A stretch of DNA of 49,910 nt from Planctomycetales bacterium (lineage in GTDB: Bacteria; Planctomycetota; Planctomycetia; Pirellulales; Pirellulaceae). Made by a program: the position numbers and the translations under genes. The stretch is taken from assembly GCA_020426955.1 (NCBI GenBank), contig JAGQOZ010000001.1, positions 1 to 49,910 on the forward strand, read 5' to 3'. This document shows, piece after piece, positions 26,301-34,602 of this stretch (positions are counted from its first letter, which is position 1; each line of letters opens with the position of its first letter). The notes under the pieces are model-generated. The model was not told the origin of the DNA, did no database searches, and was given only the letters and a program-made list of their open reading frames with translations.

Positions 26301-27840
26301 CGAAGAACATTCTGCGGAAGAACATTCCGATGCTGGCAACGTTCCCCCGGACGGCGAGTTTGACGAATCGTACTACGTTCAAAAACTTCAAGAGCACGAT
26401 CGAACTGGTTTTGTTTGGCAGAAACTTAAGGAGCCTCGTAGTTACGACTATCAAAAGGCCGAATTGAAAGATTCCTACAACGACCGTTTGCGAATGCCAC
26501 AGTTCCCGTTCGATCCAGAAGAACGAGAAGCGGTTGTGACGTTTGTATTGGGTTTGGTTGCCGATCCGCCAGCTCATCAATTCGTCTATCATCCCAATGA
26601 ACGGCAAGCGGCGATGATCGCGGGTAGCAAGGCCATTGAAAAATACAACTGTAAAGGTTGCCATCTCTTCGAATCTGAAAAGTGGGAATTGCAGTTTGAA
26701 AAAGGTGCTATTCCGCCTCAGTCCCCAGACTTGGCAACCATGTTTCCTTTCATGCAAGTTTCCGTGCCAAGTGCCGAGTTAAACGCGTCAGCAGAAGCCG
26801 ATTCGTTCACCAATTTGGTAACGGCTCATATCAAGGGCATGCCTAGATTAAACAACGATGGTAACTTTGCCGTGTTTGATTATGACGGCACGCCTTTATC
26901 GGAGCTGGATGAAGAGGATATTGCCGAAACCAATCCCGACGATTATTTATATCCGTTCGATATTTGGGAACCGAGTTTGATCGATGGAAGTGTCTTCCAG
27001 CCTGGCCTGTCACCACTAGAAATTCCGGCCCAGCAAATTGTCAATAAACGATCTTCCGTGGGAGGTGATTTGACGCATTGGCTGCGGCCTCGTGCGTTAG
27101 AGATTGAGCGAGAAAGGAATTCAGGTGCAGAAGCCGCTCAGGTCTGGGGTTGGCTGCCGCCGCCGCTGATCGGCGAAGGTAATAAGGTGCAAGCAGCTTG
27201 GTTGCACGACTTCCTGCTGGAGCCCTATGCCATTCGCCCCGGTGTGTTTATGCGAATGCCCAAATTCAACATGTCGTCCGACGAAGCAACCGCCATTGTC
27301 CACTACTTTGCAGCTCGAGATAACGCGAATTATCCTTACGAATTCGAGGAAGCGACCGATACGAATCGGTTGAATCGCTTGAACCAGGAATATGTTTCTG
27401 CCTCGGGTGAATCCGAAAACGCTGACAAATCGTCGAACGTTCGCTTCGAACACGCGATGAATATTGTCGTTGACAAGAACTACTGTGTAACTTGCCATTA
27501 CGTCGGGGATTTCGATCCGAAACGAGGTGACCGGTCGACTGGACCAAACCTTGCAGACGTCGAGAAGCGGCTTCGTCCCGATTACGTAAAACGTTGGGTT
27601 GCCAACCCGGCTCAGATATTGCCTTACACTCCAATGCCGGTGAATATTAAGTTTGACACCAACGCCGAAAACCTGGGCGGAGTAAGCCAAGATCTCTATC
27701 ATGGTACTAGCCTGGAGCAGTTGGATGCATTGGTCGATTTGCTGATGAATTTTAGTCAATACACGCAATCCAAGACTTCGATTTCGGATATGGTTCCGTC
27801 TACAGAAGCGAGCGAGAATCCGGACGGAGAATCCGAGTAA
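23335..27840 (+). CDS. membrane-anchored octahaem c-type cytochrome (1501 aa) with coiled-coil and PDZ-like regions
   Basis: GGAGG RBS. N-terminal TM VVFGCTGVVLLIATIWMF. Eight CxxCH motifs: CTTCH, CTVCH, CLKCH, CFGCH, CLACH, CYACH, CKGCH and CVTCH. PDZ-like stretch GIQVGDIIVRISGNEIFSEEQATRLLL...LTVEVLRG. Confidence 0.9.
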   Translation: MPASEKTWRDQRTLHVVFGCTGVVLLIATIWMFAKDHSREWKTYQRLNREIETRLTSWRLEADESDDKRLQLSELDDKLQLALATPPAQPLFSEFVAALDESDADLKSALESQYQELKAASGADSAEGKPSEQALKLRKDLFNEMDRVVSNAKFREARALGLRKFKSADYDEQRANYDLGVRDAVMDAELNQLMEKAFQERNDRDELTLEYQDATAYRVKLQGLLRSMQDDESAVRKQIDDVQLEYNRLKTSLEERDATYFTSTFPFLGKRVLELPIFDAFNSPLKVQNLWTDGLTQPMGSFRQVRRFDRCTTCHQNVEKTAPGSAVKPAYEHQHITRLTLKTPQSAPAGDATLVDVYGLQFAARGLVEFDDVTVKNVLPESLAATARAQSADQSNGIQVGDIIVRISGNEIFSEEQATRLLLTDFEPGQPLTVEVLRGLPHPFASHPRLDLFVGSLSPHKLSVFGCTVCHEGQGSATDFKWVSHSPSNPRQEEQWIDKYGWFNNHHWIYPMFPARFAESACLKCHHSVVELRPSERFPEAPAPKLMAGYDLITSYGCFGCHEINGYNGPASIGPDMRLEPNYFAAAAAVKTDPAFAALDQEKQDWIQTLVQHPEQTSVRRKLREFIKTDAASDTPLLTTTSHKMASVLDDVESPGTMRKVGPSLRHIGAKNGKTFLYDWIRDPSHFRPSTKMPRFFGHWDHLNEEERAVSERFEPIEILGTVQFLLTMSQSYEAETPSVEISDDPEMIERGKLAFETRGCLACHQHDDFPYAQATKAPDLTGIGNKFAMDDNPDAKLWLYNWLKNPSNYHPRTSMPDLILEPIQDTDGNTTDPAADIAAYLLSSTTDWQVAEATEKGLNVDEAALNDLVLEHLKSKIFIRDAEQAISNGRIPDEVAATLSGAELQLVGDQLDTQKKLMYIGEKTIGKFGCYACHDIPGFEDAKPIGAALADWGRKEPSKIAFEHIVEYLHEGQHGHGAHVSDGEADHDEEHSAEEHSDAGNVPPDGEFDESYYVQKLQEHDRTGFVWQKLKEPRSYDYQKAELKDSYNDRLRMPQFPFDPEEREAVVTFVLGLVADPPAHQFVYHPNERQAAMIAGSKAIEKYNCKGCHLFESEKWELQFEKGAIPPQSPDLATMFPFMQVSVPSAELNASAEADSFTNLVTAHIKGMPRLNNDGNFAVFDYDGTPLSELDEEDIAETNPDDYLYPFDIWEPSLIDGSVFQPGLSPLEIPAQQIVNKRSSVGGDLTHWLRPRALEIERERNSGAEAAQVWGWLPPPLIGEGNKVQAAWLHDFLLEPYAIRPGVFMRMPKFNMSSDEATAIVHYFAARDNANYPYEFEEATDTNRLNRLNQEYVSASGESENADKSSNVRFEHAMNIVVDKNYCVTCHYVGDFDPKRGDRSTGPNLADVEKRLRPDYVKRWVANPAQILPYTPMPVNIKFDTNAENLGGVSQDLYHGTSLEQLDALVDLLMNFSQYTQSKTSISDMVPSTEASENPDGESE

Positions 27841-27932
27841 CGTTACAATTACTAGTCCAGCCAAGACGCTGGGAATTTGATCACGGCGAAAGCACCGACG
27901 GACCCGTTGTTTTTGCCAGAGAGGAGAATTCG

Positions 27933-28703
27933 ATGCAAAAGATTTTATTAACAGTTACCTTGAGCCTAATGCTTGTAAGCGGTGCTTCTGCCCAAAAATG
28001 GGGCACAATCAAGGGTCGCTTTGTTCTTGACGGAGATGCGCCATCGGCATCCAAAATCACCGTTACCAAAGATGTGGCAGTCTGTGGCGCCAATCCATTG
28101 TTTGAAGAGACTTTGGTTGTCAATGAAGAAAACAAAGGCATTCGAGACATCATGGTGTACTTGAATTTGGGACGGAATGACAAACTGAAGGCGCATCCGG
28201 ATTACGAAGAAGCCGTCAAGAAACCGGTTGTCATGGACAATGTAGGGTGCCGATTTGAACCGCACGTTGTGATTCTTCAAGTGGGCCAGACGCTCGAAAT
28301 TGGCAACAAGGACCCGATTGCTCATAATGCCAAGGTCGACACATCTTCTAACCCTCCGATCAATCCAATTATTCAGGCCAATTCAAAGGTCGAGCAGGTT
28401 TACAAGAAGGCGGAACGTCGTCCAGCAAACGTTAGTTGTTCGATCCACCCGTGGATGACGGGGCGAGTGATGATTCTGGAACATCCCTATTCCGCAGTGA
28501 GTGACGCTGACGGCAACTTCGAAATCAAGAACCTGCCCGTCGGAAAATGGGAGTTCCAGTTCTACCACGAAACGGGATATGTCGAAGAAGCCAACATGGA
28601 CGGCAAAAAGGTCAGCATGAAACGCGGACGTTTAGAGCTGGAAGTGAAGGAAGGCGAAACCGATCTCGGCGAGCTTCTTGTGAAACCGGCGGAATTGAAG
28701 TAA
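27933..28703 (+). CDS. exported MauL-like cupredoxin (putative type-1 copper) protein with a C-terminal carboxypeptidase-regulatory-like beta-sandwich
   Basis: Signal peptide MQKILLTVTLSLMLVSGASAQ. Candidate Cu ligands are His in NKDPIAHNAKV and C-x2-H-x2-M in VSCSIHPWMTG. The tail DGNFEIKNLPVGKWEFQFYHE fits the pattern I recall for 'methylamine utilisation protein'/MauL-type cupredoxins. Confidence 0.6.
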   Translation: MQKILLTVTLSLMLVSGASAQKWGTIKGRFVLDGDAPSASKITVTKDVAVCGANPLFEETLVVNEENKGIRDIMVYLNLGRNDKLKAHPDYEEAVKKPVVMDNVGCRFEPHVVILQVGQTLEIGNKDPIAHNAKVDTSSNPPINPIIQANSKVEQVYKKAERRPANVSCSIHPWMTGRVMILEHPYSAVSDADGNFEIKNLPVGKWEFQFYHETGYVEEANMDGKKVSMKRGRLELEVKEGETDLGELLVKPAELK

Positions 28704-28734
28704 GCATTGATCCGTGAAACCAGGAGCCCGTTTG

Positions 28735-29619
28735 ATGTTGAAGCGATTTTGGATGATATGCACCTTGCTGCCACTTGCGTTCTTTGCAGGTTGCAGTGGA
28801 TCGCCAGAAGCCGACTTTGTCCAAGTGAATTCGGCTGCCGTAGAAGAGCTTCGTACGAAGCTGGCATCCAGCGGCTCCGGTACGGAAACTGACCAACAAG
28901 AAGAAGCTGGCCCATCCGGCTATGCAACGCTTAAGGGCCGATTTGCACTGGACGGTTCGCCACCGCCTCAAATCAAATTGGATATTTCCAAAGATCCGGC
29001 GATTTGCGCACCGGGTGGCAAGGATGTATTTGCCAACGACGTCGCCGTGGGCCCCAATGGAGGTTTGGCGAACATCGTCATTTTTGCCAATGGTGTCAAT
29101 GAAGATTGGGTGCATGATTCAGCGAAGCCGGGACGCACGGATGAAGTCATTTTTGACCAAAAAGAATGTGTCTTTTTGACCCACGTCGTTGGCATTCAAA
29201 CTGGACAGCCGATGACGGTTCTGAACAGCGATCCGGTTGCTCACAACTTGAAGGTTTCCACAACATTCAATCAAACCATTCCGGAAGGCAAGAGTGTTCC
29301 GTTTGTGGCTTCAAAAGAGCTGAATTCGCCGGAAAAAATGTCGTGTAGTATTCACCCTTGGATGACGGCGTATTTATTAGTTCGCAACGATGGATACTTT
29401 GCCGTTACGGCAGAGGACGGATCGTTTGAAATACCGAATCTGCCGGCAGGAGTCGAACTAGAATTTCGAGTTTGGCACGAACGGTTAAACGGTATCAAAG
29501 GTGATCTTCAAGTGAACGGTTCTGCAGAGACGTGGAAGAAGGGCCGCTTCGAAATGACCCTAGAGCCATCGCAGGACCAAGAGCTGAATGTTGTGCTACC
29601 TGCAGCCATGTTTAACTAG
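28735..29619 (+). CDS. MauL-like cupredoxin lipoprotein, paralogue of the preceding gene
   Basis: ATG 28735 follows GGAG. Lipobox LLPLAFFAGC. Same blocks as the neighbour: NSDPVAHNLKV, MSCSIHPWMTA and DGSFEIPNLPAGVELEFRVWHE. Confidence 0.6.
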   Translation: MLKRFWMICTLLPLAFFAGCSGSPEADFVQVNSAAVEELRTKLASSGSGTETDQQEEAGPSGYATLKGRFALDGSPPPQIKLDISKDPAICAPGGKDVFANDVAVGPNGGLANIVIFANGVNEDWVHDSAKPGRTDEVIFDQKECVFLTHVVGIQTGQPMTVLNSDPVAHNLKVSTTFNQTIPEGKSVPFVASKELNSPEKMSCSIHPWMTAYLLVRNDGYFAVTAEDGSFEIPNLPAGVELEFRVWHERLNGIKGDLQVNGSAETWKKGRFEMTLEPSQDQELNVVLPAAMFN

Positions 29620-29638
29620 TTTAGGCGAATCAAATCCA

Positions 29639-30874
29639 ATGAAACGATTACGTATTTTTTGGGCACTCCTCTCTATGCCTATGATTGGCTTGGTGACTGG
29701 TTGCGGTACCGAATCACCCGACTTTCGCGTGAACAATGTTTACATGGAGAAGATCTCGCGAGAGCTAGATGTTAAGTTCGCCGGTCAACGACAGGAAGAT
29801 GTCTATACGGCCTTGACCGCTATGTTCGGCACGCCGGATTTGCCTGTGGTAACGGGTGGCGAAGATGCGGGTGTTTCCGATGTGTTGAGCGTCGAGAACC
29901 TGCACTTGGCGGCGGGGCCAGTAATCAAGGATTACGAGGCCGGTAAGGGATTGTACCGACAGCATTGTGCGCATTGCCACGGTGTTACCGGTGACGGTTA
30001 CGGCCCTACAGCTAAGTTCCTCAATCCGTATCCTCGTGATTTCCGCATGGGGACCTTCAAATTCAAGTCGACACCCGTAGGTTATCGGCCGACAGACGAC
30101 GATCTGACTCGGATTGTTCGCAACGGAATCAACGGGACGGCCATGCCATCGTTTAAGGAAATGTTGGATTCCGGTCAAATTGATGCAATCGTGGATTACG
30201 TCAAATATTTGGCTCTACGAGGTCAGACGGAACGCAGCCTGATCAGTCTAAGTGGCGATTACGGCTACGAAACGCCGGAGGAAACCACCGAAACGCAAGC
30301 TGAGCTGCTCAGTAAGGAAGTATTGGTGGACGAAATCCTGGGGGCGATTGTCGAAGAGTGGACGTCGGCAAGTGAGACGGCCACCGAAGCAGAAGGACGT
30401 GATCCGGTTTATGATTTCTCCAGCCCCGAATTCGATCAGAGCGAATTAGACGAATCGATTGCTCGTGGTCAACAACTTTACTATGGCGCTGGAGCTTGCG
30501 TGACATGTCACGGCCCAACGCAGTTGGGTGATGGGCAGACGACGGACTACGATAATTGGACGAAGGATTTCTTTGGCGAGGCCGCCAAGGTAGCAGACGC
30601 GGAATTGTTGGATGCCTATCTAACTGCTGGCGGTTTGCCACCTCGTAACATCATTCCTCGCAATTTGCGTCAGGGCGTTTATCGCGGTGGTCGTCGCCCG
30701 ATTGATATTTATTGGCGAGTGAAAAATGGAATTGACGGGACTCCGATGCCCGCCGCATCGAGTCAGCTGACCGACGATGACGTCTGGGACATTGTGAATT
30801 TTGTGCTGTCAGTTCCGTACCAGTCGCTGAGTCAACCAGCGGACATGCCTGAATTCGTACGCGACCGCAATTAA
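29639..30874 (+). CDS. dihaem c-type cytochrome lipoprotein
   Basis: ATG 29639. MKRLRIFWALLSMPMIGLVTGC is a lipoprotein signal. Two class-I-like cytochrome c modules have CAHCHG ... GTAMPSF and CVTCHG ... GTPMPAA (CxxCH plus a distal Met). Confidence 0.85.
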   Translation: MKRLRIFWALLSMPMIGLVTGCGTESPDFRVNNVYMEKISRELDVKFAGQRQEDVYTALTAMFGTPDLPVVTGGEDAGVSDVLSVENLHLAAGPVIKDYEAGKGLYRQHCAHCHGVTGDGYGPTAKFLNPYPRDFRMGTFKFKSTPVGYRPTDDDLTRIVRNGINGTAMPSFKEMLDSGQIDAIVDYVKYLALRGQTERSLISLSGDYGYETPEETTETQAELLSKEVLVDEILGAIVEEWTSASETATEAEGRDPVYDFSSPEFDQSELDESIARGQQLYYGAGACVTCHGPTQLGDGQTTDYDNWTKDFFGEAAKVADAELLDAYLTAGGLPPRNIIPRNLRQGVYRGGRRPIDIYWRVKNGIDGTPMPAASSQLTDDDVWDIVNFVLSVPYQSLSQPADMPEFVRDRN

Positions 30875-30922
30875 CTGGAATTGGCCACCTCAGCGTATTC
30901 GTGATCAGTATCGAGGAAAACT

Positions 30923-31768
30923 ATGGGACGATTTTGGAGTCTACTTTTTCTGGCAGTTCCAGTGTTGGGAGTCGGTGTATTTGCCGCGGCCATGATGACC
31001 GATTCTTGGCCATTGCATAACCATTGGCTGCCTCGCGACGTTTCCGAAAAAGGTTATGTCATTGACAATCTGTTCAATACGATTTTGTATTTGACGGGTG
31101 TTATTTTTGTTGGTACCAGTTTGGCCTTGTTCTGGTTCCTTTGGAAGTACGATGGCGAAAAGAATTTGGGGCCTGTTCGGTTCTTACATGGTAGCCACAC
31201 TCTGGAAGTGGTTTGGTCTATTATTCCAGCTGCCACATTACTTTTTATTGCCATCTACCAGATGAATGCTTGGGCAGATGCAAAGATCGATCGACCGGGC
31301 ACTCGATTGGCCGGTGCGGACGGCCGTATGAATACAGAAGACGATCTGGTCGAATTCCAATTGCCAATTGCGCAGGTCACGGGTCGACAATTTGAGTGGC
31401 GTATTCGCTACGCTGGTCGAGACGGTGTGGTCGGCACATCGGACGACGTGCATACCGTCAATGATCTGCATCTGCCGGTAGACGAAGAAGTCGTTTTGCA
31501 GATTAAGAGCGATGACGTCTTGCACAGTTTTTTCCTGCCGAATTGCCGATTAAAGCAAGACGTAGTTCCAGGGATGAAGCAGATGGTTTGGTTCAAACCA
31601 AAGGAAGTCGGTTCGTTTGATATTGTCTGTGCCGAACTATGTGGTTGGGGTCATTACAAGATGAAGGGGCGTATGACTATTCAGTCTCGCAAAGACTTTG
31701 ATCAATGGCTAACAGATCAAGAGCGTATCCAACAAGAATCATCTTTCGCCCTAAGCGAAGAGGAATAA
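30923..31768 (+). CDS. ctaC: cytochrome c oxidase subunit II (CuA; no fused cytochrome c domain)
   Basis: GAGGA RBS. Two N-terminal TMs. CuA site HSFFLP ... CAELCGWGHYKM. Confidence 0.9.
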   Translation: MGRFWSLLFLAVPVLGVGVFAAAMMTDSWPLHNHWLPRDVSEKGYVIDNLFNTILYLTGVIFVGTSLALFWFLWKYDGEKNLGPVRFLHGSHTLEVVWSIIPAATLLFIAIYQMNAWADAKIDRPGTRLAGADGRMNTEDDLVEFQLPIAQVTGRQFEWRIRYAGRDGVVGTSDDVHTVNDLHLPVDEEVVLQIKSDDVLHSFFLPNCRLKQDVVPGMKQMVWFKPKEVGSFDIVCAELCGWGHYKMKGRMTIQSRKDFDQWLTDQERIQQESSFALSEEE

Positions 31769-31771
31769 ACA

Positions 31772-33565
31772 ATGAGCAGCATAACGGCCGGTTCGCACGC
31801 ACATGAACATGAGTCCTCGGCGACTCATGCCTCGTTCATTTCGACCTACGTATTTTCGCGTGACCACAAAATCATTGGACTGCAGTTTTTGTTTTCTACA
31901 TTGCTCTGGTTCTTTGTTGGCGGACTGTTGGCGTTGGGGATTCGGTGGCAACTTGCCTATCCGTGGACGAACATGCCGATTATCGGCAAGATGTTATTTC
32001 CAGGCGAAGGAGGCCAGATTTCTCCCGAATTCTACACAACGCTATTCACCATGCACGCAACGGTGATGATCTTTTTTGTGATCATTCCGATCCTTGCGGG
32101 AGCGTTTGGGAATTACCTGATTCCCCTGATGATCGGTGCGGATGACATGGCTTTTCCCACGCTGAACATGCTTAGTTATTGGTTTATGTGGCCCGCGTTT
32201 TTCTTGATTGGTGCAAGTTTCTTCACTGCCCCTTATGGAGCAGGCGGAGGCTGGACGTCGTACCCGCCGCTTTCGGTTGTCAATGAAGCGGCGCCGGGAA
32301 GTGCAAGTGCGCAGACGCTGTGGTTGCTTGGCATTACGTTTGTGGGGATTTCGTCGATGATGGGTTCCGTCAACTACATGACGACCATCATCCAGATGCG
32401 AGCTCCTGGTATGACGATGTTTCGATTACCACTGACTATTTGGGGCATGTTTATTACGGCGATCTTGCAAGCGTTTGCCTTGCCTGTTCTGACTGCGGCT
32501 GGCTTTATGCAGGTCATGGACCGCTTGTTGGGGACGGGATTCTTTTTGCCAGAGGGCCTTATCGTAAACAATTCGATTCCGGCCAGTGGCGGCGGGCAGC
32601 CTTTGTTGTGGCAGCATCTGTTCTGGTTTTATTCGCACCCAGCGGTCTACATTATGATCCTTCCCGCGATGGGAATGGTTTCGGACATTATCAGCTGTTT
32701 TGCTCGGAAGCCGATTTTTGGTTACAAGCCGATGGTCTACTCGATTTCCGGAATTGCCGGGCTTGGCTTTATCGTTTGGGGACACCACATGTTCGTTTCG
32801 GGGATGAATCCCGTGCTGGGCATGACCTTTATGGTTTCCACAATGATGATTGCTCTTCCTAGTGCGGTGAAAGTGTTTAACTGGCTAGGAACGATTTGGG
32901 GTGGCAAGATCGAGTTTACAACTCCAATGTTGTTTTCGTTGTCATTCGTGTCGATGTTCATTATTGGTGGCTTGTCTGGAATCTTCATGGCGGCCACTCC
33001 TGTGGATATCTTCATTCACGATACCTACTTCATTGTTGCGCACTTCCACTACGTTCTCTTTGGCGGTACGGCGATGGCAGTATTTGGCGCCATCTATTTT
33101 TGGTATCCCAAGATGTTTGGCCGTATGATGAACGAGCAGTTGGGTAAGGTGCACTTCTTCCTCACATTCATCTTCCTGAACGGAACGTTTTTCACGATGC
33201 ATGTATTGGGAGCCGTAGGATTTCCTCGCCGACTTGCAGATCCCTATCACTATGATACGTTTCAGCACCTGATGCCAATGAATCGGTTTATGACTTGGTG
33301 TGCGATAGGCATGGTGGCAACCCAAGTTATCTTTGCGTTTAACTTCATCAGCAGTCTGTTCTTCGGAAAGCCCGTGGGCCGTAATCCTTGGGGATGCAAC
33401 AGTTTGGAATGGAGTGCTCCAAGTCCTCCGGGACATGGAAACTTTGACTTCCAGCCTGTTGTTTATCGAGGCCCCTATGAATATGGTCATCCCGATGCAA
33501 CGAAGAACCACTATCCGCAAATTGAACCGCCTCCTGAAAACCCGACCGAAGTGCCCGAGCACTAA
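31772..33565 (+). CDS. ctaD: cytochrome c oxidase subunit I (haem-copper oxidase, A-type)
   Basis: WFYSHPAVYIMILPAMG, WGHHMFVSG and VAHFHYVLFGG are canonical haem a/a3-CuB ligand regions. It starts 3 nt after ctaC. Confidence 0.95.
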   Translation: MSSITAGSHAHEHESSATHASFISTYVFSRDHKIIGLQFLFSTLLWFFVGGLLALGIRWQLAYPWTNMPIIGKMLFPGEGGQISPEFYTTLFTMHATVMIFFVIIPILAGAFGNYLIPLMIGADDMAFPTLNMLSYWFMWPAFFLIGASFFTAPYGAGGGWTSYPPLSVVNEAAPGSASAQTLWLLGITFVGISSMMGSVNYMTTIIQMRAPGMTMFRLPLTIWGMFITAILQAFALPVLTAAGFMQVMDRLLGTGFFLPEGLIVNNSIPASGGGQPLLWQHLFWFYSHPAVYIMILPAMGMVSDIISCFARKPIFGYKPMVYSISGIAGLGFIVWGHHMFVSGMNPVLGMTFMVSTMMIALPSAVKVFNWLGTIWGGKIEFTTPMLFSLSFVSMFIIGGLSGIFMAATPVDIFIHDTYFIVAHFHYVLFGGTAMAVFGAIYFWYPKMFGRMMNEQLGKVHFFLTFIFLNGTFFTMHVLGAVGFPRRLADPYHYDTFQHLMPMNRFMTWCAIGMVATQVIFAFNFISSLFFGKPVGRNPWGCNSLEWSAPSPPGHGNFDFQPVVYRGPYEYGHPDATKNHYPQIEPPPENPTEVPEH

Positions 33566-33574
33566 AGCCCATAG

Positions 33575-34591
33575 ATGTCCAACCGTAGAACGAGTAACGC
33601 TGTAGCCTCCGTATGGACTCGCCGTCTGGCGATCGGCTTGGCCTGCGCTACGTTTCCTTTGATTTGGGTGGGGGGGATGGTAACTACCTATGACGCGGGA
33701 ATGGCGGTACCAGACTGGCCGTCTACGTATGGTTACAATTTATTCTTGTATCCTTGGTCCACTTGGTGGAGTGGTCCATTCGACTTATTTATTGAGCACG
33801 GGCATCGTCTATTGGGAGCAGCCGTGGGCATGATTGCGATTGCTGCTGCGATTTCCGCATTCGTGAATCATGATTCCCGTCTGATTAAAACGTGTGCCAT
33901 CGGCTGTTTGATTGCAGTGATCGCACAGGGTGGACTGGGCGGGCTTCGAGTTGTTTTGAACGACACCACGGTGGCTCGGTTGCACAGTTGTACGGGACAG
34001 CTGTTTTTCTGCGGAACGGTGGGCCTGGTGGCCGTAACTTCGAATTGGTGGACTGCCAATCCTTCACGTGAAGAATTGGTGTCCAGAAGTCCGCTGACCG
34101 GCCTTTTCGGTCTAACGATGTGCATGATGTATCTACAATTTGTGCTTGGTTCGTTCGTTCGTCACATTGACCACTCGACAACTCCCGGCCAGTTTCAGCT
34201 CATCGCGTACGCTCACGTTTTGTTGGCGATGGCAATTGTCCTTCGCGTGACCTGGGTCTTTCTCTGTGGAATGAAGTCCACACAAGCTTGGGCGAAATAT
34301 GCTTCTTCCGCTTTACTGGCGTTGACGTTAGTACAAATCGGACTGGGTCTTGCTACCTGGACCGTTAACTACGGCTGGCCCACGTTCTTGCCGGAATACG
34401 CTGGATTCGCAGGATTTCTGGTGCGAGCCCAGAGTTTGGCAAAAGGTATAGTCGTAACCGGTCATGTTGCCACGGGGTCACTTTTGGTGGCAACCAGTTT
34501 CTGGAGCTGGCTACGTTCATACCATTGTGTCGCAGACGAAACGTCTGCCATCAGCGTGTCAATCAAACGATCAACGGGGGCAGTAGCTTGA
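33575..34591 (+). CDS. ctaA: haem A synthase (COX15/CtaA family)
   Basis: MAVPDWPSTYGYNLFLYPW, IEHGHRLLG and later His-containing helices (HVLLAM, TGHVATG). About 8 TM segments. Confidence 0.85.
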   Translation: MSNRRTSNAVASVWTRRLAIGLACATFPLIWVGGMVTTYDAGMAVPDWPSTYGYNLFLYPWSTWWSGPFDLFIEHGHRLLGAAVGMIAIAAAISAFVNHDSRLIKTCAIGCLIAVIAQGGLGGLRVVLNDTTVARLHSCTGQLFFCGTVGLVAVTSNWWTANPSREELVSRSPLTGLFGLTMCMMYLQFVLGSFVRHIDHSTTPGQFQLIAYAHVLLAMAIVLRVTWVFLCGMKSTQAWAKYASSALLALTLVQIGLGLATWTVNYGWPTFLPEYAGFAGFLVRAQSLAKGIVVTGHVATGSLLVATSFWSWLRSYHCVADETSAISVSIKRSTGAVA

Positions 34592-34602
34592 GCACTTCGT
34601 TG

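Noticed and set aside
25945-27864. Minus-strand ORFs of 270 aa (25945..26757) and 247 aa (27121..27864)
   Set aside because: They are antisense to the 1501-codon cytochrome gene, whose frame carries eight CxxCH motifs. The antisense frames have no motifs.
32320-33562. Alternate-frame + ORF 32320..32862 and minus ORF 32942..33562
   Set aside because: They lie inside ctaD, the most confidently identified gene in the window.
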